Position numbers and translations under genes: made by a program. From assembly GCA_963813155.1 (NCBI GenBank), contig CAWEYG010000001.1:384001-448000 (forward strand): a stretch of DNA of 64,000 nt, read 5' to 3'. The notes under the pieces are model-generated. The model had not been told where the DNA came from, ran no database searches, and saw only the letters and a program-made list of their open reading frames with translations. Positions 24,359-34,828 of this stretch are shown in pieces; the stretch's first letter is position 1; every line of letters begins with the position of its first letter. The stretch is from an uncultured Acidobacteriota bacterium. GTDB taxonomy: Bacteria; Acidobacteriota; Thermoanaerobaculia; UBA5066; DATFVB01.

Positions 24359-25826
24359 ATGCAGCACACCATCATCATCGGAGGCGGACCCGCCGGGCTC
24401 ACGGCCGCCTACGAGCTCTCCAAACACGGATCGAAGGCGACCGTTCTCGAGGCGAGCCCAGTCCGCGTCGGAGGCCTCGCCCGAACGGAGAGATACAAGG
24501 GCTTTCATTTCGACATCGGAGGGCCATCGGTTCTTCTCGAAGAGCCAGGAGGTCGAAGATCTCTGGACGGAGCTTCTCGGCGACGCGATGCTCGTCCGCG
24601 GACGCCTCTCCCGAATCTACTACCGCCACAAATTCTTCGATTACCCGCTGAAGGCGATGAACGTCGTGAAGAACCTCGGCCTGGTCAACGTTTTTCTGGC
24701 CATGGCGAGCTTCCTTCGGGCCCAGATTCGCCCGATTCCGAACGCCAGATCCTTCGAGGACTGGACGATCAACGCGTTCGGGCGGCGTCTCTATCGAACA
24801 TTCTTCAAGACCTACACGGAAAAGGTCTGGGGGGTCCCCTGCTCGGAGATCTCCGCCGACTGGGCGGCGCAGCGCATCAAGGGCCTTTCGATGGTTTCGC
24901 TTCTCAAGGCAACCCTCCTTCCGAAGCGGAAGGGCCCCCGCGCGAAAGTCATCAAGACGCTGATCGACCAGTTCCGCTATCCGGAACACGGCCCGGGGCA
25001 GATGTGGGAGACGTGCGCGGAAAGAATCCGGGATGCCGGAAGCCGGGTCGAGATGGGTGTCGAGGTCCGGCGAGTCGAGCGCGACGGCTCCGGCGTCAAG
25101 GCGCTCGTCGGGAGCCGGAACGGCGAGGACGTCCGCTTCGACGGCACCCATTTCCTTTCGTCGATGCCGATCCGCGAGCTTGTGGCAAGCTTCGATCCCC
25201 CCGCTCCGGCGGAGGTCGTCCGCGCCGCGAACAGCCTGAAGTATCGCGACTTCCTCACCGTCGCCCTGATCGTCGACGAGCCGGACCTCTTTCCCGACAA
25301 CTGGATCTACATCCACGATCCCTCCGTGCGTCTCGGGCGGATCCAGAACTTCAAGAACTGGAGCCCGGCGATGGTCCCGGACCCGAAGTTCTCCTGCCTG
25401 GGCCTCGAGTACTTCGTCAACGAAGGGGACGACCTCTGGTCCATGCCGGACGCCGATCTCGTCGCTCTCGGAAAGCGCGAGGTCGGGAAGCTCGGCCTGA
25501 TCGACCCGGCGAAAGTCACCGACGGCTGCGTCGTACGAATGAAGAAGGCGTACCCGGTTTACGACGACGAGTATGCGATTCACGTCGCGAAGATTCGGGA
25601 GTTCATCGAGGCCGAGACCCCGAACCTGCAGCTGATCGGCCGGAACGGGATGCACAAGTACAACAACCAGGACCACGCGATGATGACGGGCCTTCTCGCC
25701 GCCCGGAACATCCTGGGAGGAAGCTTCGACGTCTGGAAAGTGAACTCCGACGCCGAGTACCACGAGGAAGGCGAGGTTCAGGATTCCGCGAGGGCCATTC
25801 CGAGGACGGTCCGGAAGGAATCCTGA
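24359..25826 (+). CDS. FAD-dependent oxidoreductase, UDP-galactopyranose-mutase-like; frameshift near 24523
   Basis: IIGGGPAGL, FDIGG(H)RFFSK, YTEKVWG, WIYIH, AYPVY, GRNGMHKYNNQDH. Confidence 0.8.
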
Positions 25827-27425
25827 TCAATCCGCCGGCAGCTTCGACGGTCGCGGCTCGATCCCGAAGAAGTCGATTTGAATGTGCTCGCCAGGATTGC
25901 GGAAATGTCGCATTTCCGTCAACGGAAATCGCTTCCGGATCCCTGCTCGCAACTCATCGGTTCGAGTCTTGAAAGGCAGGGTCCCGTCCCCGCCAACCGC
26001 CCACACGAGGACGACGCGATTCACCGGATGGGTTCGGACGTCGACATCGAGAGCCGTCAGACATCGATCGACGATCCCGGGATCGGGCCAGAGCCGCGCG
26101 TAGTCGCCGAAGTTCTCGAACGCCGGCTCGTTCCAGTGGACGAAACCGCGCACGACGACGCCGGGAGGCGCGTAGTACCAGAGCGTCGGTCCGATCATGT
26201 CGGGCGCGCCGATGACGAGGTCTCCCGGGCGCAGGGTCCCGTCCCGAAAGAAACCGCGCATGACGGTCTTGGTGGCGCCGCCGCGGGCCGCGGCGGCCGC
26301 GCCGGCGCGCTCATCGACGCCTCTGGCCGCGGCGCACACCGCCATCACCGCGACGGACGCGAGCGCGGTGCGCTTTTCCCAGGTCCCCGTGTTTCGAGCG
26401 GCGGCGGCAACGATCGCCACCAGACTGCCGCACACGACCATCGCGAGAGCGACCGGCACCGTGATGTAGCGGACGGGAGGGGCTTTCAGGCCGACCGCAA
26501 AGAAAGACGCGCCGATCGCGAGCGCGAGGACTGCCAGCGGCGCAGCCTGACGGCGAAGCTCGGCGCGAGCAGCTCTCGAGCTCGCGAGGAGCGCGGCGGT
26601 GGCCAGCGCGAGCCCGAGAATCGTCGCGCGGCTCGCGGATGGGGGCATTCCGGGAAGCAGCGATAAAGCCTTGAACTCGAAGATGCTGCGGATCGAGCTC
26701 GGCCGAAGAGTTCCAGCCCACGGGAACCCGACGTGGAGCTGCCGCCAGACGATGGGAACCCACGGAAGGAAAACCGCGCCCGCCGCCAGCGCGCACGCGG
26801 CCACCGGAAGCCAGACGCCGCGATCGCGCCGCCTCGTCGAGGCGATGACCGCAAACGCGCCGATCGCCGCGACCACGACGGTTCCCGCGTAGTGAGACAT
26901 GGCCGTCAGCGCGAAAAGCAGGCCCACGAGAACCGCATCGCCCGGGCGCGACACTCCCGACGATCTCCGGCGTCGAAAACGGAAGACCGCCCAGATCGAA
27001 AGCGCGGCGAGAGCGGCGGAGAGCGAATAGGGGCGCACTTCCGCGCTCATGTCGATCAGGAGACGATGTTCGGCTGAAAAGAGTCCGGCGAGAACGCCCG
27101 CGACCGGTCCGAAAGCCTCCGCGCCCGCGAGAGCGATCGCACCGCAGGCCAGCGCTCCGAGCGCGATCGCGAGGGCCTTGACCGGCACCTCTCCAAAGCC
27201 AAAAACTCGCCCGTACCCGGCAAGCAGGGCATTGAAGAGCGGAGGGCTGTAGTCGATCGCTTCCTGCCGGCGCAGAAATTCGTGAATGCCGGGCGACTCT
27301 GCGACATAGACGGCCGTCGCTTCGTCCTCCCACAATCCCTGCTTCAGGACCGGGAGCCGGACGAAAGCGGCGAACGCGGTGACCGCGAAAAACAGCACGA
27401 TTTTCGCCCGCGCTCCTGCCGTCAC
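25827..27425 (-). CDS. GT-C (GT39/ArnT-like) membrane glycosyltransferase
   Basis: LWEDEA..SPPLF, EVRPYS, SHY and FLPW motifs typical of PMT_2 proteins. Confidence 0.82.
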   Translation of the reverse strand: MTAGARAKIVLFFAVTAFAAFVRLPVLKQGLWEDEATAVYVAESPGIHEFLRRQEAIDYSPPLFNALLAGYGRVFGFGEVPVKALAIALGALACGAIALAGAEAFGPVAGVLAGLFSAEHRLLIDMSAEVRPYSLSAALAALSIWAVFRFRRRRSSGVSRPGDAVLVGLLFALTAMSHYAGTVVVAAIGAFAVIASTRRRDRGVWLPVAACALAAGAVFLPWVPIVWRQLHVGFPWAGTLRPSSIRSIFEFKALSLLPGMPPSASRATILGLALATAALLASSRAARAELRRQAAPLAVLALAIGASFFAVGLKAPPVRYITVPVALAMVVCGSLVAIVAAAARNTGTWEKRTALASVAVMAVCAAARGVDERAGAAAAARGGATKTVMRGFFRDGTLRPGDLVIGAPDMIGPTLWYYAPPGVVVRGFVHWNEPAFENFGDYARLWPDPGIVDRCLTALDVDVRTHPVNRVVLVWAVGGDGTLPFKTRTDELRAGIRKRFPLTEMRHFRNPGEHIQIDFFGIEPRPSKLPAD

Positions 27426-29164
27426 GGCTTCGACGCCTCCGGAAGAAGCCACCTTCCCGAAAGGACCGTGCCTTTTCCGAACGCCTGCTGCCGCGGAAGA
27501 TTCTCGTTCAACCAGGCGATCAGAGCATCGGCGAAGCCGTGGCCGAACTGGCCGCTGTGAAAGATGCCGAAACTGCCTTCGAAGATCGCGGCGGCTTTCG
27601 GAGGCGTCTTCCGGCAGCGCTCGATCAGCTCGGCCTCGTCGGTCAGATAGCCGGGCGAGATCCAGATGAAATACAGGAGGTTTCGGCGATCGAGAAGGAA
27701 GTCGAAGCCGTACGTCTGCGGCATCATCAGAATCGGATCTCCGGGGGACGTGTGGGCGCGGAGAAACTCGAACGTAGAGGAGAGCGCGGGCGCCAGGTCT
27801 TTCGAAACGTAAACCGTCCCGCGGGGGGAAGTGATCGCCGTCGTTTCCCGCCACCCGCGCTCCAGGGACTTCAGCCGGCCGAGGCCGAACCATCCGATCG
27901 CGAGGAGAAAAGCTCCCGCCGCCGCGAGCGATCGCCGCCCGGCGTTTCGAGGACCGCGGATCGCCCACCCGATCAGGGGGGCCACGACCGGGACCGCGAG
28001 GACGTATCCCATGCCGGAGTAATAGGCTTCGATGTTTCCCCGATAGCCCTCGCGCTGCAGCAGGACGAGTCCTCCGAGCGCAAATGCGAAGAAAGCCCCG
28101 AGTTCGCGCCGGCGGCCTTCCCTTCCGACGACGAAGGCCCCTCCGATCACCGCGGGAACGACGAGCGTCAACGGAAGGAAATGGCTCCCTTCGGTCCAGC
28201 GCCACCACCAGAGAACCCACGCCCCGAGGAGCGCCCCGGCGAGCGCGGCGCGAGTCCGCCTCCGAAAATCCTTCGCGTAGAGCGCGACCCAGAGCGTTCC
28301 GCCGAAGGCGAGGAGATCGACGAACGAATTGCCCGCCTCGACGAACCGGGTAGGGAGGTCGTCGAGGCCCAGGACCCGGCGGTAGAGCGCGGCCCACGGT
28401 GCGGGGATCTTCGCCCAGGGCCACAGGATGTTCTCCGCCACGAAGCGCCGAAACGGCTCGCCTCCTTTCACGAGAGCGAGAGTTCCGAAATAGACGGCGA
28501 GGAACAGAAGCCCAGAGAGGAAGAGCGCACGGGCCTTCTCGCCGATCCGAAGCTGCGGCGAGAACACGACGAGCGAGGCAATCCCGAGGGCAGCCGCGAC
28601 TCCGAATTCCTGCTTCGTGAGAAACGCCGCCGCCGCGACCGCTCCCGAGAGGGAGGCCGCGAGGCTCTTCCCTCGCCGAAGGCAGGCGTCCGCCAGGAAC
28701 AGCGCCGCCAGGGCGAGCAAAAGGGCCTGCGACATCGCAAACGCGCAGGGGTAGAGAAGGTTCCCGGGCCCGACCATCCAGACGATCAGCGCGACGAGAA
28801 TCGCGGAAGAGATCCAGCGCTCGACGCCGGAAAGAAAGCGGCGCGCGAAAAGCTGGATCCCCGCGACCGCCAGGGCACCGACGACGAACTGGAAGACGAC
28901 GAGCGAGGAAATCCGCATGCCGAAAACCCGGACAACCGCTTCGAGGATCCAGAGACTCCCGGGACCCCACTGCAGGCGAACCTCGTGCATCGCCCGGCCG
29001 CCGGAGACGAGACTCTGCGCCGCCGAAAACCAGAATCCGTGATCCTCGGTGACGTTTCCCCAGCGGCCCCGTCCCAGAACCGCGAACACGGCCGCGCCCA
29101 GGAGGACGAGGAGCTCGGGGCCGTAGTTCGACCGGTTCGACCGGCCCGAAACGTCGGAAGTCAC
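27422..29164 (-). CDS. GT-C-like polytopic membrane glycosyltransferase
   Basis: TEDHGFW..GGRAMHEVRLQWGP loop, TKQEFG and many TMs. Resembles 3751-5482. Confidence 0.7.
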   Translation of the reverse strand: MTSDVSGRSNRSNYGPELLVLLGAAVFAVLGRGRWGNVTEDHGFWFSAAQSLVSGGRAMHEVRLQWGPGSLWILEAVVRVFGMRISSLVVFQFVVGALAVAGIQLFARRFLSGVERWISSAILVALIVWMVGPGNLLYPCAFAMSQALLLALAALFLADACLRRGKSLAASLSGAVAAAAFLTKQEFGVAAALGIASLVVFSPQLRIGEKARALFLSGLLFLAVYFGTLALVKGGEPFRRFVAENILWPWAKIPAPWAALYRRVLGLDDLPTRFVEAGNSFVDLLAFGGTLWVALYAKDFRRRTRAALAGALLGAWVLWWWRWTEGSHFLPLTLVVPAVIGGAFVVGREGRRRELGAFFAFALGGLVLLQREGYRGNIEAYYSGMGYVLAVPVVAPLIGWAIRGPRNAGRRSLAAAGAFLLAIGWFGLGRLKSLERGWRETTAITSPRGTVYVSKDLAPALSSTFEFLRAHTSPGDPILMMPQTYGFDFLLDRRNLLYFIWISPGYLTDEAELIERCRKTPPKAAAIFEGSFGIFHSGQFGHGFADALIAWLNENLPRQQAFGKGTVLSGRWLLPEASKP

Positions 29165-29177
29165 CTCGGCCGCCCGG

Positions 29178-30224
29178 CTACGAGGCGCGGAAGTCGATCG
29201 CGACTTCGCGACGGCCCTCGTGGACGTTCCCGATGGCATAGAAGGGCTGTCCGCCCGACTCGAAGAGCTTCGCGACGCGAACCATGTTCTCCGGCCGGAC
29301 GAAAAGGATCATTCCCACTCCCATGTTGAAGACGCGGAACATCTCCTCCGCCCCGACTCTTCCCTTTTCGGCGATGAACTCGAACAGCGGGAGAACCGGC
29401 CACGCCCCCGCGCGGACCGTGACGCCGACGTCCGGCGGGAGCACGCGCGGAATGTTGTCGAAAAAGCCGCCTCCGGTGATGTGGGCCATCGCGCCGATCA
29501 GGTCTTCGGCGAGAAGCGGCCGGAGCGCGCCGAGATAGGACCGATGCGGCGCGAGAAGGAGGTCCGCGACCGTCGCTCCCCCGCATTCGCGGACGGGATC
29601 GCCCGGCTTCATTCCCAGTTCGTCGAAAAAGATCTTTCGCGCGAGCGAATAGCCGTTCGTGTGGAGACCATCCGAGGGAAGGCCGACGAGAACGTCGCCC
29701 GGACGGACCTTCGAGCCGTCGAGGATCCGGGCGCGGTCGACGACCCCCACGATCGTGCCCGCGACGTCGTAATCGCCCTCGGCGTACATTCCCGGCATCT
29801 CCGCCGTCTCCCCGCCCAGGAGCGCGCACCCGTTCTCCCGGCAGCCGCGCGCGACCGACGAGATCACCTGCTCGATCACGCCGGGCTCGACCTTTCCCGT
29901 CGCGACGTAATCGAGGAAGAACAGCGGTTCCGCGCCCTGGACCAGAATGTCGTTCACGCAATGATTGACGAGGTCGGCTCCGCACGTGTCGTGCCGGCCC
30001 GCGAGGGCCGCGACCTTGAGTTTCGTGCCGACCCCGTCCGTCGAAGCGACGAGAACGGGCTCCTTGTACTTCGAGAAATCGGGGCGGAAGAGGCCGCCGA
30101 ATCCGCCGACGTCTCCGAGCACTCCGGGAGTGAACGTCGATCGAATGGCGTCCCTCGCGGCCGCGATCGCGTTCATCTTCGCGTCGATGTCGACGCCGGC
30201 CGAGGCGTAGCGGGAGGGTTTCAA
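29178..30224 (-). CDS. purM: Phosphoribosylformylglycinamidine cyclo-ligase
   Basis: YASAGVDID, STDGVGTK, GGETAEMPG, GLHTNGYSL, HITGGG, FNMGVG. Confidence 0.97.
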   Translation of the reverse strand: MKPSRYASAGVDIDAKMNAIAAARDAIRSTFTPGVLGDVGGFGGLFRPDFSKYKEPVLVASTDGVGTKLKVAALAGRHDTCGADLVNHCVNDILVQGAEPLFFLDYVATGKVEPGVIEQVISSVARGCRENGCALLGGETAEMPGMYAEGDYDVAGTIVGVVDRARILDGSKVRPGDVLVGLPSDGLHTNGYSLARKIFFDELGMKPGDPVRECGGATVADLLLAPHRSYLGALRPLLAEDLIGAMAHITGGGFFDNIPRVLPPDVGVTVRAGAWPVLPLFEFIAEKGRVGAEEMFRVFNMGVGMILFVRPENMVRVAKLFESGGQPFYAIGNVHEGRREVAIDFRAS

Positions 30225-30252
30225 GGAAATCGAGCTTATACCAGCGCTTCGC

Positions 30253-31926
30253 TCAATCGAACCCGTAAAGGAGGGGTTCGTTGACGGGACAGGGCCGGTC
30301 CGCGGGATTGCGAAGCGGCGTGGAATAGACAAAGGCGAATCGGGGCACGAGGGAGGGATTGTCGACGCTGACCGTATGCGTCTTTTTGCTCAGGTAGACA
30401 TGATCCTGCGCGAGGACTCCGTCGATCCTGACCCCCGGAAGGCCGGCCAGATCCATCCGGTAGTCTCCGGCAACCGGCGGCTCGTACGGAACGGCGCCCG
30501 CCGAGAAGTCCTCGGCGGAGAAGACATGACCGGGCGCCAGAAGGCAGCTGTCGATCCAGACATAGTGCGATTTCAGGTAATCCATGTCGGCGGCATTCAG
30601 CCAGCCGAGCCGATAGGTGGAGATGATCAGCGTCACACGAGATTGCTGGAGGTCGTCCGCGATGGAATACCAGTCGCCCGAGGCGTACTTCGGAAGGAGC
30701 CCGGTAAACAGCCACCAGTGAGGGATGCCGGGGCGGAAGAGGTGCATCCCCTGCCAGTCAAAAACGTGCTCGTCCGGCGATGTGGATTTCCAGATCCACC
30801 TCACGACCCGCTTCTGTGCTTCGTTGGTTCGAGAGAGAACCTTCGCCAGCGACGGGACCCCCTCGGCCGCCGCCGTCAGGCAGACGAGACCCATCGCCAG
30901 CACGGCGGTGCGCGCGCTGCCCCGAAATCGCTCGACCGCAATCGGGATGCCCGGGATCAGCGTCGCGAGAAGGGGTGTGAAGAGGTCGAAGTTGTACGGG
31001 AAAAAAAAGGGATTGAGGCGCAGAAAGAGGCCAAAGAAGGAGACCACCAGAATCGCGTAAACGGCGGGACGGAAGCCTTCCCGCCGCCGGCCGAGGAGCG
31101 AAAGGAGAAAACCGATCGCGCCGAGACCGATGAGCAGAAAAGTAAACGGGGAATTGTGGAACACCGCGGCGGAATGGACTCCCGCCTTCCCTTCGCCGCC
31201 GATCTTCAGAGAGACGACGGTTTCTTCGAGCCCCCCCCGGAAGATCTTCCAGGTCTCCTTGACGACGAGCCGCCCGAGGTACGCGACGACCGGAATCAGG
31301 GCCCCCGCCAGGAGGCGCGCCAGAGGAGCAACGAATCGGGGCCACGTCAGAAGAACGACCGCCGCCGCCGCAAACGGTGCCGCCACTCCGTACTTGTAAT
31401 CCAGGATCACCGCGAGGCCGAAGAGAAAACCGATCCATTCCGGCTTGAACGCGGCTCCGGCCCCGAGCAGGAGAAGCGCGCCGCCCAGTAAACACGTGGT
31501 GCCGAAGGGGTCCGACCGAATGTCCTCCGCGCGCAGGATGAGGTCGGGCTGCCACGCCGCGACGGCGCAAGCGGCAAGCGCCCAGCATTTCGTCGCTCCG
31601 AGCCGCCTCGCGATCCGAAAGACGAGGTAGAGGTTGGCGAGATTGGCGAGAAGCACGAGAGCTCTCGCGATATCCAGCGACAGAAAGGATTCCGGGAACC
31701 ACAGGAAGAGCTTCTTGAGAAGCTCCTGAAGCAGGAAGACGTAACCGTATCCATATCCTCCGGCCCCCCGGGCGTAGGCCCAGGTACCCCAACCAAAGGC
31801 AAAATCGTCGTGGTTGTAGTCCCGCCGAAACCAGAAGACGACCCGGAGAAGAAGAGATGCGCCAATCAGAAGAGTCGGCAGCCACTCCGCTCCCCGGGGA
31901 AGAAACTTCCTGGCCACAGAGCTCAA
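30253..31926 (-). CDS. GT-C-like polytopic membrane protein
   Basis: YNHDDF loop after TM1, EDIRSDP, about 11 TMs and a soluble C-terminus. Confidence 0.65.
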   Translation of the reverse strand: MSSVARKFLPRGAEWLPTLLIGASLLLRVVFWFRRDYNHDDFAFGWGTWAYARGAGGYGYGYVFLLQELLKKLFLWFPESFLSLDIARALVLLANLANLYLVFRIARRLGATKCWALAACAVAAWQPDLILRAEDIRSDPFGTTCLLGGALLLLGAGAAFKPEWIGFLFGLAVILDYKYGVAAPFAAAAVVLLTWPRFVAPLARLLAGALIPVVAYLGRLVVKETWKIFRGGLEETVVSLKIGGEGKAGVHSAAVFHNSPFTFLLIGLGAIGFLLSLLGRRREGFRPAVYAILVVSFFGLFLRLNPFFFPYNFDLFTPLLATLIPGIPIAVERFRGSARTAVLAMGLVCLTAAAEGVPSLAKVLSRTNEAQKRVVRWIWKSTSPDEHVFDWQGMHLFRPGIPHWWLFTGLLPKYASGDWYSIADDLQQSRVTLIISTYRLGWLNAADMDYLKSHYVWIDSCLLAPGHVFSAEDFSAGAVPYEPPVAGDYRMDLAGLPGVRIDGVLAQDHVYLSKKTHTVSVDNPSLVPRFAFVYSTPLRNPADRPCPVNEPLLYGFD

Positions 31927-31964
31927 TTCACGGATCCGTCAGCGATCCGCGCGCTTTTCGTCCT

Positions 31965-33317
31965 TCAATCCGAAACCTGCGTCTTGTAACGACTCCAGGC
32001 CAGCCGGCCCCCTTTGTACACTTTCTCGATCGACCGGGTGTTGCGAATGTCGCGCAGCGGATCGTTTTCGAGGAGGACGAAGTCCGCCCGTTTTCCGCTC
32101 TCGATGGAGCCCCGTTCCCCGTCGACGCCGAGAGACTTCGCCGACGCCAGCGTCGCCGCCCGGATCGCCCCGACCGGGTCGAAGCCCGCTCCCACGAAGT
32201 CCTCGAGCTCCAGATGAAGGCCGGCGCCGGGAAACGCCCACATGTCCGTGCCCAGGGCGACTTCTCCTCCGGCGGAGCGCACCCTCCCGACGTTTTCGTA
32301 GGCCGTCCGGAGGTGATCCGCGACGAATTTCGAGTTCGGATACCGCTTCCGATACGTGTCGAAGTAGGCGTCGGATCGGTAGAGCGCGAGAGTCTGTTTC
32401 GAAAGCGACTCGCGGATCCGCGAATCCCCGAGCGCCCGCTCGACGAACGCGCGCGGATCGGCGAGAAAATCGTAGATGTCGAGCGTCGGGACGAAGAAGA
32501 TCCTGCGCGCCTGGAGGAGGGCGGCGGTCTCCGCGTCGATCGGCTCGTCCAGAATACCGTGGGCGAGCACCGTCGCGCCGAGTCGCGCCGCCTCCCGGGC
32601 GTCCTTCAGCTGCGGCGCATGCACGGCGACGCGAAGCCCCAGTTCCCCGGCCTCGGCGATCAGGGCCGCGAGAACGTCGGGCCGGATCTGCGGAAGCCGC
32701 GCCAGCGGATCGCGGCACCAGCCCATGTCGTCGTCCATGATCTTGATCTCGGCGCTTCCCAGCCGCTTCGCGGCGCGAACGGACTCGCGCGCCTCTTCGG
32801 GCGTCGCGGGAAATCGATTCAGGCGGCGGTCGGGCCCCTGCGAAGACCACCAGCCGCCCGGAGCCGTGAAGATCGGAGACGCGGGAAACAGGTCGGGAGA
32901 CTCGAGGCTCGACCTCGACGAGAGAGCGCGCTTGCGCGATTTCTCGACGTCTTCGGCCATCCACCGCGCGGCCGTGACGCCCCAGCGAATCATCCGCTTC
33001 GCGTCGCCCCGCGAATCGACGTGCACGTGCGCGTCGACGAACCCCGGAAGGATCCACTTGCCGCTTCCGTCCATGACCTTGACGTTTCGGGCGAGCGTCA
33101 TCATGCCGCGCCGCCGCTGCGCCGTCGAAACCTCGGTGAATTTCCCGTCCTGAATCAGGATCCACGAGTCGGGAACCGGCGGGGCGCCGGTCCCGTCGAT
33201 CAGGGTGGCTCCGGTGATCACGAGGGGTCCGGGTTTTCGCTTCGGCAGCGCGCCCTCGGCGGCGAAGGCCGCGAAAACCGGGAAAAGGAGGATTGCCGCG
33301 AGACGTGCGGAGATCAA
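31965..33317 (-). CDS. Secreted amidohydrolase family protein
   Basis: Signal peptide, [42 protein letters not shown]. Confidence 0.9.
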   Translation of the reverse strand: MISARLAAILLFPVFAAFAAEGALPKRKPGPLVITGATLIDGTGAPPVPDSWILIQDGKFTEVSTAQRRRGMMTLARNVKVMDGSGKWILPGFVDAHVHVDSRGDAKRMIRWGVTAARWMAEDVEKSRKRALSSRSSLESPDLFPASPIFTAPGGWWSSQGPDRRLNRFPATPEEARESVRAAKRLGSAEIKIMDDDMGWCRDPLARLPQIRPDVLAALIAEAGELGLRVAVHAPQLKDAREAARLGATVLAHGILDEPIDAETAALLQARRIFFVPTLDIYDFLADPRAFVERALGDSRIRESLSKQTLALYRSDAYFDTYRKRYPNSKFVADHLRTAYENVGRVRSAGGEVALGTDMWAFPGAGLHLELEDFVGAGFDPVGAIRAATLASAKSLGVDGERGSIESGKRADFVLLENDPLRDIRNTRSIEKVYKGGRLAWSRYKTQVSD

Positions 33318-34726
33318 TTCGACACTTCGAGACCCGCGGCCACCTCCGATGGCTCCTCGGCCTCGGCGCTCTCCGGGATTTCCACCGGGTAGTTTCCGGT
33401 GAAGCAGGCGGCGCACGTGGCGTGCTCGGGCCGGCCGAACGCCTCGAAGAGGCCCTCCGGCGAGAGGTAGCCGAGAGTGTCGGCGTCGACGTACTTCCGG
33501 ATCTCCTCCTCGGAGGAGTTCGAGGCAATGAGCTCGCGCCGCGTCGGCGTGTCGATCCCGTAGTGGCACGAGAACCGCGTCGGAGGGGAGGAGATCCGCA
33601 GGTGGACTTCCTTCGCGCCGGCGTCGCGCAGCATCTTGACGATCTTTCGCGACGTCGTTCCGCGCACGATCGAATCGTCGATCAGAACGATCCGTTTGCC
33701 GGCGACGATCTCCCGCACGGCGTTCAACTTCACCTTGACGCCGAAGCTGCGAATCGACTGTTTCGGCTCGATGAATGTCCGTCCGACGTAGTGGTTGCGG
33801 ACGAGACCCAGCCCGAGCGGAATCTTCGATTCCCGGGCGTACCCGACGGCAGCGTAGGTCCCGGAGTCGGGCACGGGCACGACGATGTCCGCTTCGACCG
33901 GATGCTCGCGGGCGAGGCGCTCGCCGAACGCTTCCCGCGAGCCCGCCACGGACTTCCCGAAGACGAGAGAGTCGGGCCGCGCGAAGTACACGTGCTCGAA
34001 CACGCACGGCGTCGGGTGGGGAAAGGCGAAGCGGATCGACTCGACGCCGGCGGCCGAGAGGCGGACGACCTCTCCGGCCTCGACGTCGCGCACGTAGCGA
34101 GCGCCGATGAGGTCGAACGCGCACGTCTCCGAGGCCACGACGGGGGCGCCTTCGAGGTCGCCGAGGACGAGCGGGCGGAGGGCATTCGGGTCGCGCGCGG
34201 CCAGGATCTCGTCCTTCGTCAGGACGACGAGCGAGTACGCTCCCTTCACTTCCGACAGCGCGTCGACAAGCGCGCCCGCGGCGCTCTCCTTCTTCGACCT
34301 CGCGAGGAGATGAAGAATCGTCTCCGAGTCGGAATTCGTCGTGAAGAGCGCGCCCTCCTTCTCGAGGCCGCGGCGAATCTCCTCCGCGTTGACGAGATTG
34401 CCGTTGTGCGCAAGCGCGAGCGGCCCCCGGCCGGACGAAAACACGATCGGCTGGGCGTTGGAGAGCGAGGAATCGCCGGCGGTCGAATAACGGACGTGGC
34501 CGATCGCCGACCTCCCCGGCAGGCGCGAGAGTCGCGCCTCGTCGAAAACGTCGGCGACGTACCCCATTTCCCTCTCGATAAAGAGGTTACCGCGATCGAT
34601 CGACGCGATCCCCGCCGACTCCTGACCCCGGTGTTGAAGCGCGTAGAGACCCAGATAGCTCAGGTTCGCGGCGTCGTCGTGCCCGAAGACGCCGAAGACT
34701 CCGCATTCGTCCCGGAACCCACCCAC
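33314..34726 (-). CDS. purF: Amidophosphoribosyltransferase
   Basis: [23 protein letters not shown] and the [13 protein letters not shown] motif. Confidence 0.98.
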   Translation of the reverse strand: MGGFRDECGVFGVFGHDDAANLSYLGLYALQHRGQESAGIASIDRGNLFIEREMGYVADVFDEARLSRLPGRSAIGHVRYSTAGDSSLSNAQPIVFSSGRGPLALAHNGNLVNAEEIRRGLEKEGALFTTNSDSETILHLLARSKKESAAGALVDALSEVKGAYSLVVLTKDEILAARDPNALRPLVLGDLEGAPVVASETCAFDLIGARYVRDVEAGEVVRLSAAGVESIRFAFPHPTPCVFEHVYFARPDSLVFGKSVAGSREAFGERLAREHPVEADIVVPVPDSGTYAAVGYARESKIPLGLGLVRNHYVGRTFIEPKQSIRSFGVKVKLNAVREIVAGKRIVLIDDSIVRGTTSRKIVKMLRDAGAKEVHLRISSPPTRFSCHYGIDTPTRRELIASNSSEEEIRKYVDADTLGYLSPEGLFEAFGRPEHATCAACFTGNYPVEIPESAEAEEPSEVAAGLEVSN

Positions 34727-34828
34727 GAAGGAATTGTATCACCCTCGTAGAGAGGCGCCGCGCCGAGTCCTTGCAAACGCGGAAAGTTGCGATAACCTAT
34801 CGCCAGTTTTACTTAAAGGAGGATTTCA

